A stretch of DNA of 64,000 bases from Nitriliruptorales bacterium (GCA_033722375.1 JAWVZB010000001.1:5175-69174), one strand, 5' to 3'. Shown: positions 34,557 through 44,925, counted from the first letter of the stretch. Notes: generated from the letters alone by a model not told the origin. Numbers and translations are program-made.

Positions 34557-35855
34557 GTGCGCATCGCCGTCGTCGGTACCGGCATCGCCGGCCTCGTTGC
34601 TGCGTGGCTGCTCGACCGCCGTCACGAGGTGCACGTCTTCGATCAGCGGGAACGGCTCGGCGGCCACACCCACACGATGACGGTGGGCGGTGGGCGTGCG
34701 CGGACCTCTACGTCGAACCTCGGTGTCGACGAGCGGGGCGGCCATGCGGTCGCGGTCGACACCGGCTTCATCGTCTACAACGAGCCCACCTACCCCGGAC
34801 TGACCCGCTTGTTCGACGAGCTCGGGGTCGAGACCGAACCGAGTGACATGTCGTGGGCGGTGAGCTGCCGCCGCTGCAACCTCGAGTACGCGGGGAGCCT
34901 CCAGGGTGTGACCGCCCAGCCGAGCAACCTGGCTGATCCCTCGTACGTGCGGTTCCTGGCCGAGATCAACCGGTTCAACCGGCTCGGCCGGAAGCTGGTC
35001 GACGAGGACAGAACGGGGCGGCTCACGATCGGGCGGTTCCTCGACCGTGCCGGGTTCGGTCGTGGACTGCGCGACCACTACCTGCTCCCGATGGCCGCCG
35101 CGATCTGGTCGACGGGGGCGGGACGGATCGAGGACTTCCCCCTCGCGACGTTGTTGCGCTTCTTCCACAACCACGGCCTGCTCGGGGTCACCGGTCACCA
35201 CCCGTGGCGCACGGTGACGGGCGGGGCCTCGACCTACATCCCCAAGCTCGTCGAGGGGTTCCGCGAGCGCATCCATCTCGGTGACGGCGTGGTCAGCGTC
35301 GACCGGGATCCCCACGGGGTGGATCTGCGACTCGCGTCCGGGGAGCGACATCGGTTCGACCGCCTGGTCGTCGGGGCGCACGCGGACCAGGCCCTCGGGA
35401 TGCTGGCTGACCCGACCCGCCGGGAGAAGGAGCTGCTGGGGGAGTGGGAGTACACCGACAACGATGCGTGGCTGCACACCGACACATCGCTGCTTCCCAA
35501 GCGCTCCCGTGCCCGTGCATCATGGAACTACCTGGTGAACGACTGCACCGCCCCGGGCGAGCGGGTGAGCTTGAGCTACGACATGAACCGGCTCCAGAAC
35601 ATCGACACGCAGGAGCGGTACGTCGTCACCCTCAACCCCCCACGCCAGCCGAGCGCGGACCACGTCCTCGCGAGGATGAACTACCGCCATCCCGCCTACA
35701 CCCCGGAGTCGGTGGCAACCCAGCCCCACCTCGACGAGCTCAACGGCCGGAACAACACCTTCTATGTCGGCGCGTACCACCGCTACGGCTTCCACGAGGA
35801 CGGGGTCTGGTCCGCCCAGCGAGCAGCGGCGCACTTCGGGATCCGCTGGCCATGA
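34557..35855 (+). CDS. FAD-dependent oxidoreductase (amine-oxidase fold; UfaD-like)
   Basis: MRIAVVGTGIAGLVAAWLL ... VHVFDQRERLGGHTHT. First gene of a four-gene operon joined by overlaps. Confidence 0.85.
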   Translation: MRIAVVGTGIAGLVAAWLLDRRHEVHVFDQRERLGGHTHTMTVGGGRARTSTSNLGVDERGGHAVAVDTGFIVYNEPTYPGLTRLFDELGVETEPSDMSWAVSCRRCNLEYAGSLQGVTAQPSNLADPSYVRFLAEINRFNRLGRKLVDEDRTGRLTIGRFLDRAGFGRGLRDHYLLPMAAAIWSTGAGRIEDFPLATLLRFFHNHGLLGVTGHHPWRTVTGGASTYIPKLVEGFRERIHLGDGVVSVDRDPHGVDLRLASGERHRFDRLVVGAHADQALGMLADPTRREKELLGEWEYTDNDAWLHTDTSLLPKRSRARASWNYLVNDCTAPGERVSLSYDMNRLQNIDTQERYVVTLNPPRQPSADHVLARMNYRHPAYTPESVATQPHLDELNGRNNTFYVGAYHRYGFHEDGVWSAQRAAAHFGIRWP

Positions 35856-36703
35856 CCCCGCCATCCACCTCCGAACCCCCGGCCCACTCGCAGCTCCTCG
35901 AAGGAACCGTGCGCCACCGGCGCCACCAGCCGCGCGAGCACGCGTTCCGCTACGGGCTGTTCCACGCCCTCCTCGACCTCGATGAGCTCGATCGACTGGA
36001 TCGGGAGATCGTCGGGTTCGGCCACAACCGTGCCGCGCCGACCTCCTTCCACGACCGCGACCACCTCGATGACACCGACGAGCCGGTCCGGAACAAGCTG
36101 GAGCGCTGGCTCCGACGCCACGGGCGGTCGCTCCCGGACGGACCCGTCCACCTGTGGACCAGCCTCCGGGTGCTCGGCTACGTGTTCAACCCCGTGAGCT
36201 GGTTCTTCTGCTACTCGCGGACCGGGGAGCTCGAGCTCGTCGTGGCCGAGGTGAACAACACCTTCGGTGAGCGCTACTGCTACTTGCTCGACGATCTGGA
36301 GGAACGGGGCGGCACGTGGCAGGCCAGGCGAACGAAACGGTTCCACGTCTCGCCGTTCCTGCCGGTCGACGGGCTCGACTACACGTTCCGGTTCCGGCCC
36401 CCGGCCGGCGACGGGCGGACGGTGGCAGCGCACATGGATGTCCACGGCGAGGACGGCGAGCTCGTGTTCGACGCCACGCTCGCCGAGCGTCCGGAACCGT
36501 TGACCACGGCGAGCCTGTGGCGGGCGGTCGTCCGCCACCCGCTCGTCACCGTCATGACCATCGCCCGCATCCACTGGCAGGCTGTGAAGCTGTGGTGGAA
36601 GCGTGTGCCGTTCTTCCGCAAGCCCGACGCACCCGACAACGGGCTCGACGGCGCCCCGCTGCCGTCCGAGAGCCCGAACCGACCACTGGAGAGAGCATCA
36701 TGA
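35852..36703 (+). CDS. DUF1365-family protein (UfaO-like)
   Basis: The ATG overlaps the preceding stop (ATGA). Contains GTVRHRRHQPREHAFRYGLF, GYVFNPVSWFFCY and AEVNNTFGERYCY, which are characteristic of DUF1365. Confidence 0.85.
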   Translation: MTPPSTSEPPAHSQLLEGTVRHRRHQPREHAFRYGLFHALLDLDELDRLDREIVGFGHNRAAPTSFHDRDHLDDTDEPVRNKLERWLRRHGRSLPDGPVHLWTSLRVLGYVFNPVSWFFCYSRTGELELVVAEVNNTFGERYCYLLDDLEERGGTWQARRTKRFHVSPFLPVDGLDYTFRFRPPAGDGRTVAAHMDVHGEDGELVFDATLAERPEPLTTASLWRAVVRHPLVTVMTIARIHWQAVKLWWKRVPFFRKPDAPDNGLDGAPLPSESPNRPLERAS

Positions 36704-37989
36704 GACGCTCACCGTCTGGACGTGACCTGTCCGCCGTCCGCGCCGCGTCCTCCCAGTTCGAGCAGATGACCGTCGGGCGGCTCGATGGGCCGCGGCCCGC
36801 CGGCCGCCGCCGCACCTTCGGGGATCCGACGTCGGAGCTGACAGCTGAGCTCGACGTCGCCGAGTGGGACTTCTTCCACCAGCTGCTCGCGGGCGGCTCG
36901 ATCGGCGTCGGGGAGTCCTACATGGCCGGCCAGTGGCGCTCGTCCGACCTGGTCTCGCTCATCCGGATGGTCATCGCCAACCGCGATGCGCTGCGCAGCG
37001 TCACCCCGGCGGCCGTCGTGCGGGTGCTCGACGAGCGCATCCGCCATGCACTCAACGGCAACCGTCACCGCCAGGCACGTCGCAACATCGCCGCCCACTA
37101 CGACCTCAGCAACGAGCTCTACGAGCTGTTCCTCGACGAGACGATGACCTACTCGTGTGCTTACTTCGAGGAGCCCACCATGACCCTCGACGAGGCGCAG
37201 CGCGCCAAGTACCGCCGCATCGCGGAGAAGGCGCATCTCCGGGGCGGCGAGCACGTGCTCGAGATCGGCTGCGGGTGGGGAGGGTTCGCCGAGTACGCCG
37301 CCACGACCTACGGCTGTCGGGTCACGGGGATCACGCTCTCGGAGGAGCAAGCGAGCTACGCACGAGCCCGCCTCTCCCGCGCCGGCCTCTCGCAGCTCGT
37401 CGACATCCAACTGGTCGACTACCGCGACGTCGAGGGCAACTACGACCGGGTCGTGTCGATCGAGATGCTCGAGGCCGTCGGACCCCGCTACCTCGACACC
37501 TACTTCCAGCGCGTCGACGAGCTGCTGGCCCCGGACGGGGTGGCGGTCGTGCAGGTCATCACGATCCCCGAGCAGCGCTACGGCCGCTACAAGCTCCGCC
37601 CCGACTTCATCCAGGCCTACATCTTCCCCGGCGGCCACCTGCCGTCCCTCGAGGCGATGACGGGTGCGATGGGCAACTCGTCCGACCTCTACGTCGACGA
37701 CGTCGAGAACATCGGCATCCACTACGCCGAGACCCTGCGACGCTGGCGGGAACGCTTCCTGGGCAACGCGACCCAGGTCCGCCGACTGGGTTTCGACGAG
37801 CGGTTCCTGCGGATGTGGGACTTCTACCTCGCCTACTGCGAAGGGGCGTTCCTGGCCCGCTACATCAACGATCTCCAGCTCGTGCTCACCCGTCCGATGA
37901 ACGCGACGCTCGGGACCTCCCCCTACGGCGCCGAGCACGCGCTCGCGTCGCAGGCTGGCGAGATCACCCTGGTGGAGGGCGTGGCGTGA
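36700..37989 (+). CDS. cyclopropane-fatty-acyl-phospholipid synthase-family SAM methyltransferase
   Basis: ATGA overlap with the preceding gene. Contains AHYDLSNELYELFLDETMTYSCAYF, VLEIGCGWGGFA, SIEMLEAVG, IFPGGHLPS and WDFYLAYCEGAF. Confidence 0.9.
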   Translation: MRRSPSGRDLSAVRAASSQFEQMTVGRLDGPRPAGRRRTFGDPTSELTAELDVAEWDFFHQLLAGGSIGVGESYMAGQWRSSDLVSLIRMVIANRDALRSVTPAAVVRVLDERIRHALNGNRHRQARRNIAAHYDLSNELYELFLDETMTYSCAYFEEPTMTLDEAQRAKYRRIAEKAHLRGGEHVLEIGCGWGGFAEYAATTYGCRVTGITLSEEQASYARARLSRAGLSQLVDIQLVDYRDVEGNYDRVVSIEMLEAVGPRYLDTYFQRVDELLAPDGVAVVQVITIPEQRYGRYKLRPDFIQAYIFPGGHLPSLEAMTGAMGNSSDLYVDDVENIGIHYAETLRRWRERFLGNATQVRRLGFDERFLRMWDFYLAYCEGAFLARYINDLQLVLTRPMNATLGTSPYGAEHALASQAGEITLVEGVA

Positions 37990-39017
37990 ACGTCATCGAC
38001 GGCATCGTCGATCGTGGCGTTCCCGACCCGCTACTGCGGGGCGCCATCCGGTTGCTTCTGCGGCGTCGACGAGCGCGTGAGCTCACGGGCGGGCCGGAGG
38101 CGGTGCAGGCCCGGAAACGTCAGGTGATCGAGTCGGGTCGCCGCGGACCGATCGCGGTCCACACCTCGGACGCGAACGATCAGCACTACGAGGTGCCCAC
38201 GGAGCTCTACGAGCTGATGCTCGGGGCGCGGCTCAAGTACTCCTCGGGCTACTGGCCGCCCGGAGTGGACGATCTCGACGCCGCCGAGGAGGCGATGCTC
38301 CGCATGACCGCTCAGCGCGCCCAGCTGGGCCCGGGACAGGACGTGCTGGACCTCGGCTGCGGCTGGGGCTCGTTCACGCTGTGGGCGGCGGAGCACTATC
38401 CGACCGCTCGGATCACCGCTGTCTCGAACTCGGCGACCCAGCGGGAACACATCGAGAAGGTCGCCGGGGAGCGGGGGCTCGACAACGTCGAGGCCCGCAC
38501 GGTGGACGTCAATGATCTCACCTTCCGGGCCGACAGTTTCGACCGCGTGGTGTCGATCGAGATGTTCGAGCACGTGCAGAACCACGAACGGCTGCTGTCG
38601 CGGATCGCGGACTGGCTGCGTCCCGATGGCAGCTTGTTCGTCCACCACTTCGCCCACCGACAGGCCGCCTACCCGTTCTCGCGGGACGGTCGCGCCGATT
38701 GGATGGCGCGGTGGTTCTTCACGGGCGGGCTGATGCCGTCCGACGACTACCTCCTCCACCTCCAGCGGGAGCTCGTGGTCGAGGACCACTGGGTCGTCGA
38801 CGGCAGCCACTACGCCCGCACCTGCGAGGCCTGGCTCGAGCGTCTCGACGCCAACCGTGGCCGCGTGCTCGACCTGTTCGCGGACGCGTACGGCCGCAGC
38901 GACGCCGAGGCATGGCTCCACCGGTGGCGAACGTTCGTGATCGCCTGTGCGGAGCTGTTCGCCTTCGGCGGTGGCGACGAGTGGTGGGTGACCCACCTGC
39001 GGATGTCTCCGCGCTAG
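37986..39017 (+). CDS. second CFA-synthase-like SAM methyltransferase
   Basis: GTGA overlap with the preceding gene. Contains QHYEVPTELYELMLGARLKYSSGYW, VLDLGCGWGSF, SIEMFEHV and FFTGGLMPS. Confidence 0.85.
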   Translation: MNVIDGIVDRGVPDPLLRGAIRLLLRRRRARELTGGPEAVQARKRQVIESGRRGPIAVHTSDANDQHYEVPTELYELMLGARLKYSSGYWPPGVDDLDAAEEAMLRMTAQRAQLGPGQDVLDLGCGWGSFTLWAAEHYPTARITAVSNSATQREHIEKVAGERGLDNVEARTVDVNDLTFRADSFDRVVSIEMFEHVQNHERLLSRIADWLRPDGSLFVHHFAHRQAAYPFSRDGRADWMARWFFTGGLMPSDDYLLHLQRELVVEDHWVVDGSHYARTCEAWLERLDANRGRVLDLFADAYGRSDAEAWLHRWRTFVIACAELFAFGGGDEWWVTHLRMSPR

Positions 39018-39808
39018 CGGGCGGCGGTCGCTCGCTCCGACTCCGGCTCGTCACGGCCCTCCGCGCCCCGACCGCGCTTCCGAAGGATGTGGCGCATCCC
39101 GATGGCGTAGCCGATCACGGCGATCGTGGCGAACGAGAACCATTGGACCGCGTAGCTCAGGTTCTGGGTCGGATCCGCCGTCGGCAAAGCCGCCGGGATC
39201 GGCAGGTCCCCGGGCTGGTTCGGCTGCTGCGCCGTGAGTTGGATCAGGAACGGCAGCAGGGGGGTGTCGGTCTGTGCGGCGATGCGGTCCACGTCGGCGT
39301 GGAACAGGCGTTCCACCTCCCCCTCGACGGGATCGGTGGGAGCGAACCACCCGCCGTCGGGGTTCTCGGTCGAGGCGACAACGACCCCTTGAACCGTGGC
39401 CCGCAGGGGAGGGGCGGCCTCGGCAACCGGTGGCTCGTCGAGCTCGAACGGGACCCAGCCGCGGTTCACGAGGACCGCGCGGCCGTCGTCGAGCTCGAGG
39501 GGAGTCACCACGTGGTAGCCGCTGCGGCCGTCGTGTGACCGCGAACGCAGGAGCACCTCGTCGTCCGTGAGGTAGGTCCCCGCCGCGGACACCGGCAGGT
39601 ACTCGATCTCCTCGATCGATCGTGCCGCGACTTCGGTCACCGGCACGGGTGGCTGCGCGAGTCGCTCGTCCAACTGCGCTGCCAGCGCCTTCTCCTCACC
39701 CCAGCGGTCGAGCTGCCAGAAGCCCAGCGAGACGAAGGCCACGGTGGCGACCACGACGAGGACGTGCCCGACGATCCAGCGGGGCGCGAGGAGCGGGTGA
39801 CGTTCCAT
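39014..39808 (-). CDS. SURF1-family protein (cytochrome oxidase assembly)
   Basis: An N-terminal TM followed by FWQLDRW, and a C-terminal TM with AVQWFSFA. Its stop shares the tetranucleotide CTAG with the convergent methyltransferase stop. Confidence 0.8.
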   Translation of the reverse strand: MERHPLLAPRWIVGHVLVVVATVAFVSLGFWQLDRWGEEKALAAQLDERLAQPPVPVTEVAARSIEEIEYLPVSAAGTYLTDDEVLLRSRSHDGRSGYHVVTPLELDDGRAVLVNRGWVPFELDEPPVAEAAPPLRATVQGVVVASTENPDGGWFAPTDPVEGEVERLFHADVDRIAAQTDTPLLPFLIQLTAQQPNQPGDLPIPAALPTADPTQNLSYAVQWFSFATIAVIGYAIGMRHILRKRGRGAEGRDEPESERATAAR

Positions 39809-39824
39809 CGAGCGGAGCGTATCC

Positions 39825-40568
39825 GTGGGCTCCGTGCGCTCGAGTTCTAGAGTGTCGGGTGTGGATGCTGGGTTGCGGAACGCCGTCGCTGCGTCCCACT
39901 TGCATGCCGTCAGTCGCGGGACACTCGCACAGCTCCTCGAGGGTGCGAGTCAGGTGGCCGTTTCGGGTGGATCGATCACCCATCGTGAAGGTGACAGCGA
40001 GCCGCATCTGGAGCTCGTCGTCTCGGGTGCGATCCGGGTGTTCATCACGGCTCCGGATGGGCGGACCATGACGATCCGCTACTGCCGCCCCGGTGCGCTG
40101 CTCGGGGCGATGTCGCTGTTCACCCGCGACTTCCTGATGCCGGCCACGGCCCAAGCGCTCGTTGACAGCGAGCTCTTGCGCTTGTCCGTGAACCGCGGTC
40201 GGGCACTCGCGGCCGACCCAGAGGTGGCGCATGCCCTGTTGTGCGAGCTCAGCGAACGGGCCCGCGACTTCCTGCACGAGATCCCCGGCGGCACCTTCGC
40301 GACCGTGCGGCAGCGGGTCGTGCGGCACCTGCTCGACCTCGCCTCCGAACGGGTGCGGGACGTCGAGCCCGCAGCGCTCGAGGGTCGCCTCCCGGTCGTG
40401 AAGATCACACAGCAGGAACTCGCGGACGCGGCCGGCACCGTGCGCGAGGTGGTCGTGCGCATCCTCCGCGAGCTCCGCCACGAAGGGTTGGTCCGCACCG
40501 AGCGGACCGAGATCGTCCTCCTCGATCCGGCACGGATGATCGAGGAGGAGTGGAACCTGAGTTCCTGA
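39825..40568 (+). CDS. Crp/Fnr-family transcriptional regulator
   Basis: cNMP-binding-like beta-barrel (HREGDSEPHLELVVSGAIRVF..DGRTMTIRY) and a C-terminal HTH (ITQQELADAAGTVREVVVRILRELRHEGLV). The start is uncertain; in-frame GTGs occur at 39825, 39834, 39852 and 39861. Confidence 0.8.
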   Translation: MGSVRSSSRVSGVDAGLRNAVAASHLHAVSRGTLAQLLEGASQVAVSGGSITHREGDSEPHLELVVSGAIRVFITAPDGRTMTIRYCRPGALLGAMSLFTRDFLMPATAQALVDSELLRLSVNRGRALAADPEVAHALLCELSERARDFLHEIPGGTFATVRQRVVRHLLDLASERVRDVEPAALEGRLPVVKITQQELADAAGTVREVVVRILRELRHEGLVRTERTEIVLLDPARMIEEEWNLSS

Positions 40569-40620
40569 CACCACGGCGTTGACGTGGGATGGTGGCCCCC
40601 CACCGGGTGCGAGGAGGCAC

Positions 40621-42024
40621 ATGCGGACCCGAGGACGACGGCGGCCGCCCGCTGATGACGCTCTCAACCGCCTCGATGCCGATCTGGATGGGACGCTGAT
40701 CCGCCCCGGCGATCCGGACTACGCGCTCCACCGGGCGGTGTGGAACGGGTCGATCGACCGGCGCCCAGCGTTGATCGTTCGCTGCGCCGGTGTCGCCGAC
40801 GTCCAGGCTGCGGTGCGCTTCGCGCGGGAGACCGACCTCGAGATCGCCGTGCGAAGCGGTGGGCACAGCTTCCCGGGCCTCTCGGTCGTCGACGACGGTG
40901 TCGTGATCGACCTCGGTGCGATGAAGGGTGTGGAGGTTGACGCAGAAGCCAGGACTGCACGCGTCCGGGCCGGTGTACTCCTCGGCGAGATGGACCGCGC
41001 GACGCAGGCCGTCGGGATGGCCGTGCCGACCGGCGCGGTGACCCACACCGGCGTCGCCGGGCTGACCCTCGGCGGTGGCATCGGCTGGCTGATGCGGAAG
41101 CACGGTCTCGCGATCGACCAGCTCCGAGCGGCGGACCTCGTCACCGCCGACGGGGAGGTCGTTCGGGTGTCTGAGGAGCAGCACCCCGAGCTGTTCTGGG
41201 GTATCCGCGGTGGCGGCGGCAACTTCGGGATCGTGACCGACTTCGAGTTCGCCCTCAACCCTGTGGGGCCGACGGTGCTGTCGGTGTTCGCGTTGTGGCC
41301 GTTCGAACATGCTGAAGGGGTGAGCCGCTACTACCGGGAGTGGTCGGCTGCGGTGCCCGAGGAGCTGACGACGGCGCTGGTGATGCGCAGGGCCCCCGCC
41401 CTCGACATCGTCCCGGAGCACCTGCACGGGCAGCTCGTGGTCGGGGTCGTGGGCTGTTGGGCGGGCCCGCTGGAGGAGGGACTGGCGGTCGTCGGACCCA
41501 TGCGAGCATTCGGGTCGTCGGCGGCCGACCTGACCGCCCCGCGACCGTTCGTCGAGCACCAGGGGCTACTCGATGCGAGCTTCCCCCATGGGGTCTGGGT
41601 CTACATGAAGGCCTGCGACGTGGTCGAGCTGACCGACGAGGTCATCGACGTGAGCATCGAGCACGCGGGGCGAGCCGTCTCCCCGAGATCCAGCGTCATC
41701 GCCTGGCAGCTCGGGGGCCGGGTCGCCGAGATGGATGGAGACGCGACGGCGTTCGGCAGCCGTGACGCGGGGTTCATCTTCAACATCTCCGGCATCACCG
41801 ACGGTCCGGAGGACTTCGAGCAGGAGCGCACCTGGGTCCGCGACTTCTTCGATGCCCTGATCCCGTACCAGACCAGCGTCTACGTCAACTTCCTCATGGA
41901 GGGCGGGGAGGAGCGGGTCCGGGAGGCCTACGGGGCGCAGCGCTACGACCGGCTCCGCGCCCTGAAGGCGAGCTGGGACCCCGAAAACGTCTTCCACCTG
42001 AACCAGAACATCCCGCCCGCCTGA
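40621..42024 (+). CDS. FAD-binding (PCMH-type) oxidase with BBE-like C-terminus
   Basis: ATG at 40621 after GAGGAGG. Contains AVRSGGHSFPG, GVAGLTLGGGIGW, WGIRGGGGNFGIVT and a C-terminal NVFHLNQNI. Confidence 0.85.
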   Translation: MRTRGRRRPPADDALNRLDADLDGTLIRPGDPDYALHRAVWNGSIDRRPALIVRCAGVADVQAAVRFARETDLEIAVRSGGHSFPGLSVVDDGVVIDLGAMKGVEVDAEARTARVRAGVLLGEMDRATQAVGMAVPTGAVTHTGVAGLTLGGGIGWLMRKHGLAIDQLRAADLVTADGEVVRVSEEQHPELFWGIRGGGGNFGIVTDFEFALNPVGPTVLSVFALWPFEHAEGVSRYYREWSAAVPEELTTALVMRRAPALDIVPEHLHGQLVVGVVGCWAGPLEEGLAVVGPMRAFGSSAADLTAPRPFVEHQGLLDASFPHGVWVYMKACDVVELTDEVIDVSIEHAGRAVSPRSSVIAWQLGGRVAEMDGDATAFGSRDAGFIFNISGITDGPEDFEQERTWVRDFFDALIPYQTSVYVNFLMEGGEERVREAYGAQRYDRLRALKASWDPENVFHLNQNIPPA

Positions 42025-42112
42025 CTGCCGCATCGGCGGCTCCGCCCAGAGGACGGGGCGGTTCGCCCGAGTGGACGTGTCTGCGCGCCGTGAACGCTCG
42101 TAGGGTCGCGAC

Positions 42113-43027
42113 ATGCGACCGACGATCCACCACCGCGACGGGCACCACGGCTGGGACCGTGACCGCGAGCCGATCCTCGAGGTCTCCTCTGGGGACGTCG
42201 TCGAGGTCCACACGATCGATGCCGCGGGGGGCCAGCTCGACGAAACCTCCGGCGCCGCCGACGTCGCCGACCTCGACGGGGAGCGGGCCAACCCGCTCAC
42301 CGGTCCGATCCGGGTGGTCGGGACGCAGCCGGGGGACGTCCTCGCGGTGCACATCCTCGAGCTGCACACCTCCGGATGGGGATGGACGGCGAACATCCCC
42401 GGCTTCGGGCTGCTGTCCGACGACTTCCCCGAACCGCACCTGATCCACACGCGCTACGACGCGGAGCAGCTCGAGTTCGGCGACCTCGCAACCGCGCGCC
42501 CCGCCCCGTTCATCGGCACGATCGGCGTGGCACCGTCCGCGCCCGGCACCCATCCCGTCATCCCGCCCCGCACGGTCGGCGGGAACCTCGATCTCAAGGA
42601 CGTCGGGCGCGACACGACCCTGCTCCTGCCCGTCGCCGTGGACGGGGCGCTCCTGTCACTCGGTGACACGCACGCCCTCCAAGGTGACGGCGAGGTCTGC
42701 GGGACGGCGGTGGAGACGCCCATGGAAGTGGTCCTCCGGGTCGACGTCCTGAAGGACCGCAGCGTGGAGAGTCCGCAGGTCGTGGTCCCCGAGCCGCTCC
42801 CGGTCCCGCACGGCCCGTACCACGTCACGACCGGCGTCGGACCGGACCTCATGACCTGCACGCGCGATGCCACCCGGGCGATGATCGACGAGTTGCGCCG
42901 GCGGGGGGTCGATCCCCGCGACGCCTACCTGTTGTGCAGCGTGTTCGGGAACCTGCGGATCGGCGAGGTCGTCGACGCCCCGAACTGGGTGGTGGCGATG
43001 GAGTTCCCGCTGGCGGTCCTGACCTGA
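42113..43027 (+). CDS. acetamidase/formamidase-family amidohydrolase
   Basis: NPLTGPIRVVGTQPGDVLAVHI, GWGWT and GNLDLKDV are typical FmdA/AmdA blocks. Confidence 0.85.
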   Translation: MRPTIHHRDGHHGWDRDREPILEVSSGDVVEVHTIDAAGGQLDETSGAADVADLDGERANPLTGPIRVVGTQPGDVLAVHILELHTSGWGWTANIPGFGLLSDDFPEPHLIHTRYDAEQLEFGDLATARPAPFIGTIGVAPSAPGTHPVIPPRTVGGNLDLKDVGRDTTLLLPVAVDGALLSLGDTHALQGDGEVCGTAVETPMEVVLRVDVLKDRSVESPQVVVPEPLPVPHGPYHVTTGVGPDLMTCTRDATRAMIDELRRRGVDPRDAYLLCSVFGNLRIGEVVDAPNWVVAMEFPLAVLT

Positions 43028-43097
43028 CACATCCTCCGGGGATCGCTCACGGGTTCGTCGCCCATGCGGTGCGCAACGTGCGACAGATCCTGCGTGG

Positions 43098-44822
43098 TCA
43101 GTCGGGCGGCCCGGCGGCGCCCATGCGGACGTCGGGCGCCCCGACCCGGGCGGCGTCCGCCGTGTGATCGTCGGGCTGGCGCTGTGAGTCCACCTCGGCG
43201 AAGACCCGGGCGAGGTAGTGCTCGACCTCGCGACGGATGTCCTCCTCGTCCCAGCCGAGCACGTCGGCCACGGTCTCGGCGATCGGCTGGGCCGCCGACA
43301 CGCCACGGTCCCACGCTTCGATGGAGGTCCGGGTCCGCCGCGTGAGGATGTCGTCGAGGTGGAGGGCCCCCTCGTGGGTGGCTGCGTACCGCGCCTCCAC
43401 CATGAGGTAGTCGTCCGCGCCCGGGATCGGTGCCGTCAGCGAGCGATCGTCCTCCAGCAGATCCAGGACCTCGGTCGTCAGCGTCCCGTAGCGCCGCAGC
43501 AGGTGTTCGATGCGGACCACGTGCAGTCCGCTGTCGCGGGCGAGCTTGTGACGCTGGTTCCATATCGCCTCGAAGCCAGGTGCTCCCACCACCGGGATGC
43601 GGTGGGTGACCGACCGCGGGACGCGACGGTGGAGGTTGCGCGCCACCGCGTCGACGGCGTCCTTGGCCATCACGCGGTAGGTCGTGTACTTCCCCCCGGC
43701 GACGGTGATCATGCCCGCCACGGTCTGCGCGACCGCATGCTCGCGAGACAGCGTGCTCGTGGCCTCGCTCTCGCCGTAGAGCAGCGGTCGGAGGCCAGCG
43801 AAGACGCCTTCGACGTCGTCCTCGGTCAGGGGCGGGGTGATGTGCTGGTTGACCTGCTCGATCAGGTAGGTGATGTCCGCACGGCTGGCCGCTGGGTGGG
43901 AGAGGTCCAGGTCCCAGTCGGTATCGGTGGTTCCGATGAGCCAGTGTCGCTGGTTCGCCCCCGCCGGCCACGGGATCACGAACAGGACCGATGCGTCGGT
44001 CCGGAACACCAGCCCGGCGTCGGCGTGGATGCGATCCTTGGGGACCACGATGTGGATGCCCTTGGACGGGCGAACCCGGATCCGGCCACGCCCCGCCATC
44101 TTCTGCACCTCGTCGGCCCAGACGCCGGTGGCGTTGACGACCTGGCGTGCCCGGATCTCGAGATCCTCGCCGGACTCGAGATCCCGAGCCCGGAGCCCGA
44201 CCACGCGCTCGCCCTCGCGGAGCAACCCGATCACCCGGGTACTGGTGGCGACGGCGGCACCGTGGCTGGCGGCCGTGCGCGCGAGGCTCATGGTGTGCCG
44301 GGCGTCGTCGACCTGCGCGTCCCAGAACTGGATCGCGCCGACCAGCGCATCCCGTTTCAGCGCCGGGGCGATCTTCCGTGCCCCGGAGCGGGTGAAGTGG
44401 CGGTGGGACGGGAGCTGACGGGCGCCCCCCAGCGTGTCGTAGAGCACCAGCCCAGCACCGATGTAGAACCGCTCCCAGCCCCGATGGCGCAAGGGGTAGA
44501 GGAACGGGACCGGACGGACCAGGTGCGGGGCGAGCCGCTGGAGCATCAGTGACCGTTCCTCCAGCGCCTCCTTGACGAGTCCGAAGTTGTACTGCTCGAG
44601 GTAGCGCAGCCCGCCGTGGATCAGCTTGGACGACCGGCTCGACGTTCCGGCCGCGTAGTCCCGCTGCTCGATGAGCGCGACGTCGAGCCCTCGGGTGGCC
44701 GCATCCACAGCGATCCCGCAACCGGTGACGCCGCCACCGATGACCGCGACGTCGAACACGCCATCGCGCATGCTCGCGATCGCGTCTGCACGTCGCTGTG
44801 GCGAGAGTTGGTCCGCCGGCAC
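43098..44822 (-). CDS. glpD: FAD-dependent glycerol-3-phosphate dehydrogenase
   Basis: GTG at 44822 with AGGAG 7 nt upstream. Contains FDVAVIGGGVTGCGIAVDAATRGL and GTSSRSSKLIHGGLRYL, plus a C-terminal GlpD alpha-helical domain. Confidence 0.9.
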   Translation of the reverse strand: MPADQLSPQRRADAIASMRDGVFDVAVIGGGVTGCGIAVDAATRGLDVALIEQRDYAAGTSSRSSKLIHGGLRYLEQYNFGLVKEALEERSLMLQRLAPHLVRPVPFLYPLRHRGWERFYIGAGLVLYDTLGGARQLPSHRHFTRSGARKIAPALKRDALVGAIQFWDAQVDDARHTMSLARTAASHGAAVATSTRVIGLLREGERVVGLRARDLESGEDLEIRARQVVNATGVWADEVQKMAGRGRIRVRPSKGIHIVVPKDRIHADAGLVFRTDASVLFVIPWPAGANQRHWLIGTTDTDWDLDLSHPAASRADITYLIEQVNQHITPPLTEDDVEGVFAGLRPLLYGESEATSTLSREHAVAQTVAGMITVAGGKYTTYRVMAKDAVDAVARNLHRRVPRSVTHRIPVVGAPGFEAIWNQRHKLARDSGLHVVRIEHLLRRYGTLTTEVLDLLEDDRSLTAPIPGADDYLMVEARYAATHEGALHLDDILTRRTRTSIEAWDRGVSAAQPIAETVADVLGWDEEDIRREVEHYLARVFAEVDSQRQPDDHTADAARVGAPDVRMGAAGPPD

Positions 44823-44925
44823 GGGCACACTCCTCGTCGGGGCGGCAGCGTAGTGAGCGTCCCGGTGGCCGCTGACCACCCCGCCGATGCCACCGAACGA
44901 GCACCGATCGCGAACAGGAGCGTGG

